In this document: positions 48,708 to 61,712 of the stretch, in pieces
How the letters are laid out: each line of letters opens with the position of its first letter
Position numbering within the stretch: position 1 is the first letter of the stretch
Origin: Cyanophora paradoxa CCMP329
Lineage: Eukaryota; Plantae; Glaucophyta
Direction: 5' to 3'
Length of the DNA stretch: 64,000 bases
Assembly: GCA_004431415.1 (NCBI GenBank)
Contig: QPMI01000591.1
Span: 1 to 64,000, forward strand
Program-made: the position numbers and the translations under genes
Notes under the pieces: generated by a model
Seen by the model: the letters and a program-made list of their open reading frames with translations, nothing else
Told to the model about the DNA's origin: nothing
Databases searched by the model: none

Positions 48708-51700
48708 ATGGGCAGCGCGTGCTGCAAACGCGCGGCGGAGGACGTACAGCAGCATGCGCAGACACCCAAGTCCCCTGCGAAGGGTGCGATGCGCGGGCGC
48801 TCGTCGCCGCGCTGCGCTCATTTCGACTCGCAGCGGATCGACCGGAGAGCGGGCGGGACATCGGCCTCCTTCGGGTTGACCGCGGGCAGGATACGACCAC
48901 CACGCCAGCGCGGAAGTCCGCGGGCTCGCCAGAGCGTGTGAAGCCCGCGGCTGTTGCGGAGAAGCAGCGGAACGCCAGCAGCAATGCTGCGCAGCGGGCC
49001 GACCTTTCCGACGTAGCGATCAGCCTCGCGACCGACGAGCAAACCGCATCGGGCAACAAGCCGGAGGCTCCTGTACATGTAGCTGCGAATTCGAACGCAG
49101 CGAACTCGAATCCCGAGGACGCAGCGGCATCCCGCGCCCATGGCCATGCGCCTGCAGCTGCTGCGAATTCTCCAGTTTCAGCTAGCGCTCTAGCTCCAGG
49201 TGCAGCAGCAGCAGCATATTCTTCGCCGGCTATAGCTAGCGCTGCGGCGCCGGCGCCAACTCCGTCGAAGGCGCGTGCGCCGAGCTGCGTGGCGGACCCG
49301 GGAGAACTCCTCTCTCTGCACGCGCTGGAGGGGGCCTCGTCGGTCGGGCAGCTCGCGGGCCTGTGCGGCCTGCTGCGGGAGGCGACGCGTCCGGGCGCTC
49401 AAGCGGAGGCGGCGGAGCGGGCGCGGCGGGTTCCCTTCGTGGCAGAAGTCTTGAACGGTGATTTAGAAGCGGCCCTCGCGGAGGCGAAAGAGGCCTGCTT
49501 CGGCGGTGCGGGGGCGCGGGATCGCGCGCGGATCCGCAATTGCAAGGCTAAGCGCGCCCGCGTGCTCAGCGCTGGATGCGTTTGCGGAGCGCGAGCGACA
49601 CCGCCCCGAGGAGATTGCAGAAGCGTGCACCGTCGTGCGGTCGGGCGACCCCGAGCTCTCTTTCCGCGTGCGTCAACCCCGCTCGGAGAGACATGTACAG
49701 AGGCCGCGCCTGATTGCGGCACGCGCAGCTGCTTGAGGTTCTACTGCGCCTGAAGGACGAGACGGTGCTGGAGAGAATTCCAACGCAGCGCATCGGGGCG
49801 CTGGTCGACGTGCTCGGGCGGCTGCCGCGCGGGACGCTCACCTCCAAGCACCGATCGCGTCTCGTCGCATTCTGCATTCAGCAGGCGAGTTGCATGCATA
49901 TGCGTCGCCGATTCCCTCTGGCGCTGAGCAACATGCGCAGGTAAAAGAATTCGATGCAAAGCTCACGCCGGCGGACGTCGACGCGCTTTCGGCACTGCGG
50001 CTCGTGCCGGCGGTGCTCGCCGCGTTCGACTCGACAAGCAACGGTGTAGATTTCGTCGCTGCCGGTGCGCCGCGCGGTTCTTGTTCGCAGAGGATTGTCT
50101 GATGTGCAGCCGGCGGCAGACGAGGACGACGGGGAGCCTCGTCAAGAGAGGGGCAGGCTGGACTACGAGGGCTCGGTTCAAGAGCTCGACGTGCTGCTCC
50201 AAAAGTTCGAGAAAAGCGGTTGGTGGCGGGTCGAGGCGGCGGCGAGCATCGCGCGGCAGGCGCTGGCGGCCGCGCTCTCGAACTACGACCCCCTACAGGA
50301 CGCACTGAGTCGCGTCAAAGCCGCTGGTGCGCTCTTTGCATGCGCTTCGCGGCCGCGCCACACGATGACGGCAAGCAGGGCGGATCGTGGCGGGGCTGGT
50401 CCGCGTGGGGCAAAAGGTATGGGAGGGCGTCAGTACATTCGGCGTCTCGACGCTTATCGAACTTGCCGTCTTTCTCAAGGTGCACGGGGCTGTAATCATG
50501 TGTCCTCGCGCCTCACTTCTCCTCAGGACGCGCTGGCTGGAGAGGACGTTGGGGCAGAAGCGCGGCAGCTGTGGAGCGACCTCGGCCGCCTCTTCGGCTC
50601 CAATGGGCCGCAGGGCAAGAAGTGCTGGTGCGCAGTGCCAAAATGGTCCCGCCATGTCGTACTGACGCCTTCGCCTCTTATTCTTCTTGCAGGTACCGCC
50701 CGGCGCGGCTGCTGACGGTGCTGGCGGAAGGAGGCCACATGGAGGAGCTGCGGATGGTCCTGAATGCGATGGACGAGACCGGGCAGACGACGCTGTCAGC
50801 CCTTGCCGCTCAGCCGAAGCTGGCGGCTGCTCTCTCCGCTGCCCTCATCTTGGTGCGGACACTTCTGTACTGCTCTAAATCTGCCGCCTGTGCTGATTTG
50901 ACTTCTGTGCAGGCGGTAGAGGCCGCGGGAGGCGATAGTGCGTCTGCGCTGGCGGCGGTCGACATCGCCGCCGCGGTGGCGGGGGCTGCAATCGCTGCGG
51001 CCAACGTGCCGGGGGCGAAAAAGGCGGCGCGGGAGGCGGCGGTCAACTCGGCCACGCCCGCCGCACGAGCACTTGCGAGCATCGCAGCGTCTGAGTGCGG
51101 CGGGGCTGCGGCGGCAGCAGCAGCCGAGCAACTGGGGCGGCTGGCGCGCAGGGAGGACCGCGCGTCCTGCGACGCTGCCGAGGCCGCTGCATCGCTCCTT
51201 GGGGTGTCGCTGGCGGTGCGTCTGCCAGTGTTCCCAGCGCACTTCATGGCTGACGCGCCAGCAGGACCTCGGGGCCGGCGGCTTCAGGCCGAAGCAGACG
51301 CTGCCCCGCTCGCCTTGCGCGAGGCTCGTCGAGCCGACGTCCGCGGGCGCGTCGATGCTGCTTCGAACTGCGCTCAAGCGCCTCGAAGGCGACCCCGATG
51401 AAGCCAAGCTCCGTGCAGACTTGTTCAAAGTGCGCCCCCCAGCGCCCACAAAGCCGCTGTTTCTGTGCTAAGAAGCCTGCAGTACGCGGGGCGGGAGCTG
51501 AACAAGAAGGACCTGCGCGAGGCGGTCGCATTATTCGTGCCGCCGAAGGCCACGACGGACCTCGCGCGCACCAAAATCGTCGACCTCCACACTCACGCGG
51601 CGGCGTTCCTCGCCCGCACCCTGCGGGGCGCCGTGGCGGGCGGCCCGCGAGCGCTTCTCATTGCGGGCGAGCCCGGCTCCAGCAAGTCGACCTTCCTGGC

Positions 51701-54700
51701 GTTCCTCCACCGCCACGCGTGCGAGCAGTGGCGCCGCACGCACGGGCGGCCGCCGCGCGGCGATGCGCGGCTGCCCGTGACGTGCTTGCTGAGGCTCCCG
51801 CGGCTCGGGCGGACCGCGGCGGCCACTGGATTGCGTGCGGCGGCGGCGGAAGCGATGGGGGTCCCTAAGGAGGAGCTTGAGAACATCAAATCGACGTGCG
51901 TGTCATGCATTTCGAATTCGCCGCCTCCTGTCGACCACGTCCGCCTCACTTCTCGCACCAGCCGCGGGCTGGTGCTGCTGCTGGATGCTTACGACGAGCT
52001 CGACTGCCGCGACAGGCCACCGCCGCGCCTGTGGCCGGAAAACGACCTGGACGACTGGGCTTCGGCAGTCGTCGTCACCTGCCGCAGCTCTCTGCTGGCG
52101 GTCCGGGATGACTACAAGGAGCTCTTCGCCCCTTCGCCGGCAGCGCTCGACCAGCTCTGCACGCACCCTTTCGGCGCGCAGCAGGTGCCTCTTCGCCGGC
52201 CTCGAGTCGCGTTTTCTGCACCGCTAACAGCGCGGTCCACTCGACAGGTCGAGGAATACTTCAAGCAGTTCGTGGGCCTGCCAGCGGAGTCCCGAAACTG
52301 CAACTGCGACTGGACGGCGGACGAGTACCTTTCGCACATCAAGCGCGTCCCGGGCACGCTCGCTCTCATCGAGAACCCGTTTACACTAAAGCGCGTCCTT
52401 CGAATCCTTGCGTTTGCGTTTGGATGTCATATGCATCTAACATTTGCGTGGTCCGCAGTATGGTGGCCCGCACGCTGCCGAAAATCGTTTCTGCACGGTC
52501 CGTACGCTCTTCGCAGGCTTGACTGACATCAATATTGATTATGAGCTTGAAGTACTGATGACAAAACTGCCAAGGGCAGCTCTAATCCAGCCGGGTCGCT
52601 TCTCACGACCCGTGAACTCTACAATGCGTTCGTCGAGGTGACTGCGATGTCGTAACACCGACTGCTTGGCTTTGCAGCTTACATAAGAGCTTTCAGCATT
52701 GGTTCGAGCGGGAATGGAATCGCGTGAGGGATAATCCCGGAGGGCACGCGCACGGCGTCATTCGGAGCTGGAGAGGAAAAGATTTCGAAAAGTGCGGCCG
52801 CAAGTTCTGCAAAGATCTCGCGTCCGCCATGTTCGAGGTTAGAACGCGTGGGCGTCGTAAACACACACAATCTGAGCGACTGCAGGCGAACGTGTCTGAG
52901 TTTAGATACTCCTCGCCGGAGCTGGACTTCGCCAACTGGACTCGGCGGGCTCCGGCGGCGGCGGATCAGGAGGCGAGCAGCAACCACAACGCAGACGCGG
53001 CAGCTGCAACTGCCGGCGGCCCTCTCGCAGCGTGCATCGATCTCATGCAAAATCAGGAGAGTGCGAAGCTGGCTCTCATCCGCGAGCACTGTCCACTCTC
53101 CATCTCCAGATCTGGAGCCGCCACGGACTCCCCTGACGGTTCTTCCGAAGTTCACGTCCGCTTCCTTCACAAGGTCCGCACCTTACGGCTGCATGTGGTC
53201 CGTTCGCGATCGCCCACGAAGCCGCTTGCAGACGCTGCTCGAGTACTTCGTCGCCGAAGAGATGTTCGAGCGGGTGCGCTGAATAATGTGCATCCGCGCA
53301 TGCACGACTTTGTCGTGCGTGCACGCATTGCCGGCTTAATTTCGCATTCGCAGGCGATCGCGCGGCAAGAGCTGGAGAAGAGCGGCAATGACGTCCGTCG
53401 ATCGCGAGAGCGCCGCCCCAGCATATGGTCCACTGAAGGCGCAGGCCTGATCCGCAAATTGTGCGTCCGCGATCGAAAAAAAAATGTGCACTAGTCCTCG
53501 AAATCCTCTGACTCGAAAGCTCCGTGCAGCCTCCTTACCAACGAGCCGAAGATCCTCGAGTTTCTTGCCGACTGCTGCTGCAGGGACCATCTGTACTGCG
53601 AAGTGCGCTTGATTTCGAAATCTATATCGTGTTCTGTACTGACCAAGCGCGCGCAGAAGCTGCTAGGACTCATAGAGCGAAGCCGCGAGCCGCACGCCTC
53701 GAAAGGGGACCTCATCGCTTCGGCAAACGCGATGACGATCCTGAATTGCGGTGCGGTGCCTCGAGCTCGCGCCGTGCACTAGTGTCTTTTCGTACATCCT
53801 GACGGGCGTTCCGCGTCCCGCAGCGGGGTTCAGCTTCGCGCGCAGATGCCTGCGGGGCGTGCGGGTGCCCGGGGCGGACCTGCAGCGCCTGGAGGCGGCG
53901 GGGGCGGACCTGCGGGACGCGGACCTCACGGGCTGCGGCCTGCAGGAGGCGAACCTCGCGGGGGCCGACCTGCGCGGCGCGAAGCTTGACGACTGCTCCA
54001 TCGTGGAAAGCCCGGTCCTGAAAGGCTCTTGCAAATTGATCAGATCGATTATTGCGTTCCCGGTGCAATAATTTATCCGCGATACATCGACGGCGCTGAC
54101 AGGAAGCAGGATGGGCGAAGGATTTTTACGGAAAGCGCACGTGCAAGCAGGGGATATCCGTACGAAGTCGGCATCGAGCGTAGCATCTGGGACGTAAGAG
54201 CAAACTCAAGAGTGACACCTCCCGATCTGCGACCCCCGCTGGCGTTCGCTGACTACAAAGGCCTCATTCCGATGGCGGTCTCACAGGTATATTGCGCTTG
54301 TATCAGATCTCATGTCCGTAATCTCACGCTCTTCATAATCAGGCGGGATCTCGCGTGATATGCGCCGACGTCGCGCTGCGGGTATACGATGTCGACAAAG
54401 GCGAGACAGTCGCTGACATCGATTTCAAAGAGGCCCTTGGCTTGACCGAGCGAGACCGCCCGGACCTGTACGGACTCCGATCTCCTTTCACGTTGGATAA
54501 CGTGCAGTTCTGCCAGGTACGAGTCTGAGCCTGCAGCTAACCCCCACGGGACCTGGCACATTATATATTAATTAGATTTCTTGGGAGGGGTGAGGCATCC
54601 GCTCCACGGTTTTCACTGCCCGATGCGGGCCATATGCATCATGCGGCCCCCCCGCCCAACTGGGACGGACAGGGACCTGGTCAGATCTGGGGCCTAGGCG

Positions 54701-57700
54701 CCACTCATTGGGTCACTGCCTCCGCGATGTCGGACTAGTGGGTCACTTATCGCACTTTGTGGGATTTGAACCCAGCCTTCGACCGTGCTCCCTGCGTAAT
54801 AACACGACCGGGATTCGAACATACTAATTAGAATTCGAAGTATAGCAGCTGCTCATACTAACCCACACTAATTAGAAGTATAGCAACTGCTCATGGCACG
54901 GGGCGCAGGACGGTTCCAAGGCACTGACAACATTCGAAGACGTGGTGGCCCTGTGGGATCTTAAGCGCAAAACGCTGCTCCAGAAAACGCACATTCCAAA
55001 TCTAGATCGAGAGATGTTCACCCTTCTCATCTCAAATGTACGCGTCAATGCTACCGTTTTCACTGAATGCTATCGTCTTTACCAGTGGCATCCGCATGCC
55101 ATCCCATGCTAACAGGATTGCCGGCGCATTGTGGCTCTGGGGAAAAAATGCGCACAAATTCGGATTTACGCAGTTTTTATTGAAGAAAAGCTTCATGATC
55201 ATGATCAGCAGCTGCGACTTACCTTGTATGCGGAACACACGATCGAGAAAGAAGATCCAGGAAATATTATCACTCGCATTATATTATTCAAATCTTCGCT
55301 ACGTCTTCCACCTCTCAAACTGAGCAAAGTACGGTATTCTGCCACCTCTCGCACTGGGACGCATCGAATTCCGCTTGCGCAGGATGGTCGTCGAGCCGTG
55401 ACTGTACATGTGCACCGTGACTCCTCGAGGGGCGCCGGCGTGACCTTGTATTTGTTCGACCTCGATCGGTGGATCGTCGTCGGAGGAATCGCTTGCCCAA
55501 GAGGAACGGCGCACATGTACCATGGCTCTGATTTGCAGTTCTTTGACGTATCGGACGTACGCTGCCTGAGCTTTACGCTGAATCTACTGATCTTGCACCT
55601 GTCGCTGACATCGCCCACTTGCTTTCTGCGCAATCGAAGGACTGTTCTCAAGTGGTGACTGCAAACAAAGACCGAACCATCTCCGTTTGGGACTTTGCCT
55701 CTGGAGAGGAGGTGCACCGCCTGACAGGCCACCATGGCGATATTGAAGCGGTCGCTTTCCTCCATGTGCGTGGAGCCTCGCTCTATATATATTCCGCGAG
55801 CTCGCTCTATCAAAATTGAGGATACTGCGTCCAGGGCGCCACCACCGTCGTCTCGGCCGGCAAGGGGGAGCTCCGCGTCTGGCCGCTGAACCGCAAGCAG
55901 CTGCGGCCCCTCAAGCCCGTTTTCAATGGCTATCACGCCTCCGCGCACTCTCTTTATCTATCCCCGGTTTGTTCACTTATCACGCGTTCTCCACGTGCCG
56001 TGTCTGATCGTAGGTGGCCGAGAGCGCAGGATTTGCGGCTGCGGTACGCCACGAAAACGACAGTGGGGCTTCGGGATCTCTCGACTGGTCTCTGCATCAA
56101 TGAAGCCTACTTGCAGTGCCTTCATGTTGTCGATGCCAAAGTGCGTGCACAAATTCTATAACTTCGACAAATGCAAAATCGCATACTTTCGAAGCTAATA
56201 TCGAATTCTGCCCCTAAAATTCCGGACCAAAAGTTAAGTCAAAAGATTGACCTGCGTTAAGCGCAGAGAGTCCTTTCACTGCACGGCAAACCCGAGGGCC
56301 GCAAGCTCGCACTTACGAACCTTGACTCAAACGGCGACGAATGGGACGCATGCCACGCCGCTCGCGATCGTATCACGCAGCTCCTCGCCGTGTCGGCCGT
56401 GCGCCCCTTTGGGCGCCGAGTCCATAAATGCCGTCGCGCGGTCTGATTATGACGGCCCCCCGTCACCCCCAAACAGAACGGCGCGAGAGCCGTGTTTGTA
56501 CAGAACGAAGGGCTTGTATTGTGGGACTTGCGGCTAGGAGAACCCATCGGATATCCTGTCATGTACAAGGGCCTGTGCGACTTCTTGAATGGCTTTAAGC
56601 GAACTGTGCCGTTGATGTTCACCTTTTCGAACGCGACCGCGGTATTCTTGGTGCACATTTCACTCCGATTCAATCATATCCCAGGCGTGCCCATCTTTTC
56701 TGCAGGACGACTTGCGCGTGATCCTCAGCCTACGTTGCGATCCTGCTCATGGCCGACCTTGCGAGGACGGTACCGATTGGGTTCTAGAATCCGTCGTCTG
56801 CAGTTTCGGGGAGACTTTGAATTCGTCGACCGAGCTTGAGCGGCTTGAAGGCATCAAAGTCCTGTCAGTTGTACATGTGCCTAGTCCGGTGCGTTGTCGA
56901 TGCTGCTATATATATAGCTATCGTTTGGAGTAAATACATAGAACTGAAGCGTCCGTGCGGTTCGCCATCAGAACGGCAAGCTGCTGCAGCTGCTCTGTTA
57001 CAGTCGCGGCGGCCCGAACACTCGCGATCGGCCGCCTCAGCTCTGGATCCAGGACGCGGCTTCGAATGAAGTGCTCAAGAGGATAGACTGGAGGATTTCC
57101 TTAGACACCATCTTAAGCTTAGAAAGGTGTCACCGGATAAAAACATCACCACATATTCCAAGTGCCGATCCGGTGGTGGACGAGGTCCGTTCTACATTGA
57201 CCGCACTCTTATAGCCTGAGCCCTAGGCCTGAGCCCTGAGCCCTGGGCCTGCGCAGTTTGGCCAGATCCACCCCCGCTACGTGATGCTGCGCCGCTGCTT
57301 GCGATCGCCGCCTCTTCTCTTTTCCGAACGCGCTAGAAGCCCATCAAGCACGCCGCTCGTCGTGCTGGATCTTGAGAGCGGCTGCGAGGCCGCGTGCCTC
57401 GCCGCGCAGCGCGCGTGCCCACCCGACGCCGCCTGTGCCCGCCTCGCCCCGGGGGTGCGCTGCTTCCACTCCAGCCCGCGGTCGCAGTGCCGTTGACATC
57501 GATCCCATCCCCGGCCGTCAGCAGGGGGGGCGGATGCGCGTCGCCGCTGCGGGGGAGGGATACATCTGGGTGTGGGACGTGGACCTCTCTTTCCTGCGGA
57601 GCAACCCCGCCGGGTCGCTGCCGGTGTGGCCCGCCGCCCCCGCCGCCATCCTACTCTTTGTCGTCTGTGATTGCCTTGGCAGGTGCTGAACCCCTCTCGG

Positions 57701-58063
57701 CGCATCGCGGCGGTGAAGCTCGAGCTCTTCGACGGCTGCCTCGTGCGCCTCCTTCCGATTATATTTCCGAAAATGTCGTTTACCGCGAAAATGGCGAACG
57801 CCCCCCGGCAGATCGACGGGCGGACGAGCTGCTCGCAGGAGCTTCGGACAGTGCTCCTGCAGAAGGGAGCGCGCGAAGTGGAGGGCGGGAAGGGCGGGGC
57901 GGATGCGGAGTGGTCGAAAGAGGCGCCGGGGCCCGTTTTGCCGGCCCTGTGGCCACGTATCGATGGGGCGGAGCGGCGGAGCGGAGAAAGTGTCCCCCCT
58001 CCCTCCTCCCCCCTCCTCCCTCCCCCTCCCCCCTCCCTCCTTCCCGCCCTCTCCCCCTCCTAG
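48708..58063 (+). CDS. STAND/NACHT-like NTPase with helical N-region, pentapeptide repeats and WD40 repeats; N-terminal MGSACCK
   Basis: Walker A LLIAGEPGSSKST, Walker B LVLLLDAYDEL, VVVTCRS, NPFTL, RFLHK|TLLEYFVAE, SANAMTILN, pentapeptides ADLQRLEAAGADLRDADLTGCGLQEANLAGADLRGAKL, WD40 VVTANKDRTISVWDFASGEEVHRLTGHHGDIEAVAF, and terminal LRTVLLQKGA. Confidence 0.88.
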
Positions 58064-58578
58064 TTAGCTAGCAGGACCGAGGGCCTGAGAAGAGAAAAAT
58101 AATTCCTTCCTTTGCTGTGTTTTATATAATTAACTAGCTGGCTAGCATACCTCTAAAGGACATTAAGCAAGCACTAGTGCGGTTGGAGCGACTGCGCTGC
58201 GGCGGGAGGGACTGTCGGACTGCGCACGCATATGAGGGAGACGGTTCAATTGCAACGCCTCGAAAGTAAATCGATATCTCGCCTGCCAGGCTGGCCACTG
58301 GGGCCATATTTTGAAAATCTGAGCCACGCGTACGCCTGATTTTATTCACATTAAGGCCCGAGACTGTTTTGCCATGGCCAATCGAGGTCCCATGCAAGAG
58401 AGACAGATGCGACAGAGGGTTCAGGTGGCGAGGGAACATGGAGAAGAGGAAGAGGACGCAGGCTGGAGGAGAACGAGGAGACAAGAAAAACGGTCGTCGT
58501 CCGGTCCCCCGCCGGTGCCGGGCCCGCCGCGCCCCAAGCAAGCCTATACCCCCAGAAAATGGCGCTAGCGGATATATA

Positions 58579-58825
58579 CCCGTCCTCGGCCAGGCACGCG
58601 TGCCCCCCGAAGCTTAAGCCTCTAGATCTAGCCCCGCCCGGCCCGCCCGGCCTGACCCGTCCGGGCGCAGCTGGCGGAGCTGCGGTCTCTGGAGGGCGGG
58701 GCCGCCGCGCACGCCGGGCCCGCCCCTGCCTCCCTCAGCCCCCGCGACGGGCGCTGACTCAGTGAGGCCGCTCAATATCGTCTGAATTATATTCCGATTT
58801 TCTGCGTAGCGTTTGCTCGAGTGTC
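58579..58825 (+). pseudogene. Diverged duplicate of the sppA last intron, last exon and 3' UTR
   Basis: Colinear with 47914-48157 (CCCGTCCTCGGCCAGGCACGCGT...GCAGCTGGCGGAGCTGCGGTC...GTCTGAATTATATTCCGATTTT...GAGTGTC). Confidence 0.9.
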
Positions 58826-59182
58826 GCGTTCGGGATTGTCTTGCGCGAGCGAGAACCAGAACTGCGAGACCGTGCAAGGAAAGGTCTGCGGTACTCATGA
58901 AAGAGGCTCGCTCCGTCTTTTTTGCGGAGTTGCTGGCGAGGTTGGTCGGTTTCGCAGGTTTTTCGCAAGGCTGCGAAAATTGCAGTTTCGATCGCCAGTA
59001 TATATACGTACCGCCGGGCCGGTCTATGTGCTCGTCAAAAAAAAGCCGTAATGGAGGAGCTATAGCTATAGCTATAGCCGCTGAGCCCGGCCTCGAAGCT
59101 AAAGGAGAAGATCTAGAGGGGTCTGCTCAACAGAGAAGGCCTCCGGTCCGCACAATCGCGACCTGCAGCTCCTGCGCATGCA

Positions 59183-61640
59183 ATGGAGGCGAGCGCCCAC
59201 AGGCGTAAGCTTGAGCTCGACCTGTCTGCCGGTATGTGCGCGCGCGCGCGCGCAACTCCGCGAGAGACTGACTGCGACCCGCGAAATGACGCACAGACGT
59301 GTACGCGCGGCTCGTGAAGTTCGCCGAGAGGAGAGGATGCGCTTCGTTGGAGGCGGCCGCGTCGCTGCTAGCGCTGATCGCGAGCGCCACTCTCGCGCCA
59401 CCGGAGCACGCAGCCGCAGCCGCAGTAGAGGTTTCGCCGTTCGACAGGCTGCCGGATGTTGTTCTCTCGGTCATCTGCGAGCACCTGGGCTTGAAAGCCG
59501 CCGCCGGCGCGCGCGGGGTCTCCCGTCGCTGGCGCGATGCGGCCGGTGCGGTGCTCTGGCGCCGACTGGATCCTGGCATCGAGCTCGGTTCAGAGCGGGC
59601 GGATCTGCTCGCACGGCTGCTCGTCGGGGCAGAATGCATGGAGGGCGATCGTGATCGCAGCGGGCACCGTCGTCAGCGCCCGCCGCGGCGGTGGATCCGC
59701 CTGGCCCCCGGCGCATCGCTGCGCCTGGACTTGGGAGAAAGAGTCGATGTCGGATCCTGGAAATCCGCTGTCGCGCTGGTCTCGGCGTGCGCGGCGGCCA
59801 GCGGCGGCCTCGGCGATCTCGAACTTCTCAAGCGATTCGTTTGCGCGCACGACTCTAGCTCCCCTGCCTGCCTCCGCGACCTGCTTGGCGTGCTCCTGCC
59901 GACCCGGCTGGCGCTTCGCGGCGTCGCTTTGCGAGTAGAGAGCGCGGTCGGCCGCAGCAAGCGCCTCCGAAGTATCGATGTTGAAGAAGCCTTCCGCCCC
60001 TTTCCGAATCTAGAAAGCCTCTGCCTCCCGAGGTGCTGCGTCGTCGACCAGCCCGCCGCCGACGCCCTCTCCCGGTGCCTTCCGAGGCTCAAGCGGGTAC
60101 GCTCCGGCCGCGAGCCCCGGCCCCCTCCTTGAGTGCATATGTACCTGCCCGGTTTTCTTTATATTTTATAAACTAGTTAGTCCAGATATAATCAGTCCGG
60201 ATCCTATTTTTAATCCCGATCATAACCTAAATTTCGACCCCGACTGCAGCTGGAGCTAAGATTGCAGTGCGGCTGGGCTGAAGAGCAGGACTTCGAACAG
60301 ACCACCGATGACAGCTACGAGACCGCCGCCGCCTTGGCTGCCCTCCCCGCCCTCGAGCGTCTCGTGGTCCAGAGGGGCTACGATGAATGCGGGTCCTGGG
60401 ACCTCGCGCCGATGATCGCGGGCCTCGCTTCCGGCCCTGCTGCGCGCTCCGTCGAAGAGTGCGGGCATAATCAAGATGCACAGCTTGACTATTAACCTGC
60501 CACGTGCACGCACAGGCTCCGCTTCGCGCCTCTTAGCGAGCGGATCCCTGGACAGCTCTCCGGCGCCGCCTTGCACGCCCTTCCGCGCCTCATCGCACTC
60601 GAGCGCCTGCGGGGACCCTTCACGGTACCTCTTCCTGATCGTGATCATTTATCTGTTTGAGCCGAGTTCAACCATCCCTAATTTCCTAGCCCTGCAGCTC
60701 GGGCGACTTACGGTTCGCTTTTTAAATCTGGCGATTTCGCGATTTCGCAGTTTTTTTGCAGCTCTATCGATATCGATTTCGCAAGTCAAACAGGACACCG
60801 ATGCAGACGGCTTGCCCGTCGGATATGGAGATCTGGTGGAGCTGGGCTCCTGTCCGGCACTGCAGACCCTGGGACCGCTGCGCCTGTGCCCTCGCGATTC
60901 GTGGCCTCGCGATGGAGATGAGGAGGAGGAGGAGGCGGAGTGCCTCGCAATTGCCGGCTGCCTGAGCGGCCTCGCAGAGGCCCTTGCAAAATCGCATACC
61001 CTTGCAGACCTCGAGCTGACTCTCCGTGCGCCCCACAAATGCACTCTGCCGCGCTCTCCCCGCCCTATCCTTCTCACGGCTAGCTCGGCAGCTGCCGATC
61101 TGCCTGCTGTAGCGCTGACGGCGTTTGCGGCGCTGGTCCGTGAGGCGAAGGGGCGCCTCTTCCTGGAAATTGACATCGATTTGGAGCTGGAAAACCCCGT
61201 CGAGCCGGAGCTCGCCGTAGCGCTGGCCTCCGCCCCGCCCAGCCGCCTCGTCCTGATGGCCGACGTCGACTGGGCGGCCTTGGATGGCGGGAAGCTCGAT
61301 TGCCTGTCCGCCTTCGCCGGCTGCTCGACAGGGGACGTCGAGGTTCGCCCCCGAACCCCTAGGCCCCCGGCCCGCCCCTAATTATAAATCAGGCCCTAGA
61401 TCGAAATGGAAGCAAAGCTGAAGCTAATTATAAGAGACGGCGCCCGCATGTCCAGGTTCGCTTGGACGTGGAGAGAGAGATGCGGGACCGCCTGGAAGCG
61501 CTCGAGGCGGCGCGGGGGGCGGCGACCCGGGCCTTCCCCTCGGCCCGCCTGGTTATCGAATACCGCCGCCGATGCGAGTAGCTCTGGACGTCGAGCCCGG
61601 CCCTGCCAATTGTCGGATGAGAGGATTCCCACCCGATTAG
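59183..61640 (+). CDS. F-box protein with LRR-like repeats (ends approximate)
   Basis: SPFDRLPDVVLSVICEHLGLKAAAGARGVSRRWRDAA, then FPNLESLCLP, LPRLKR, LPALERLVV and CPALQTLGPL. Confidence 0.8.
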
Positions 61641-61712
61641 GCACCCGCGCAGTACTGCGCGGGGCCGGCTCCCTGTGCTGGAGCAGCTGTAGATGCAGGC
61701 TGGTGTATTCAC

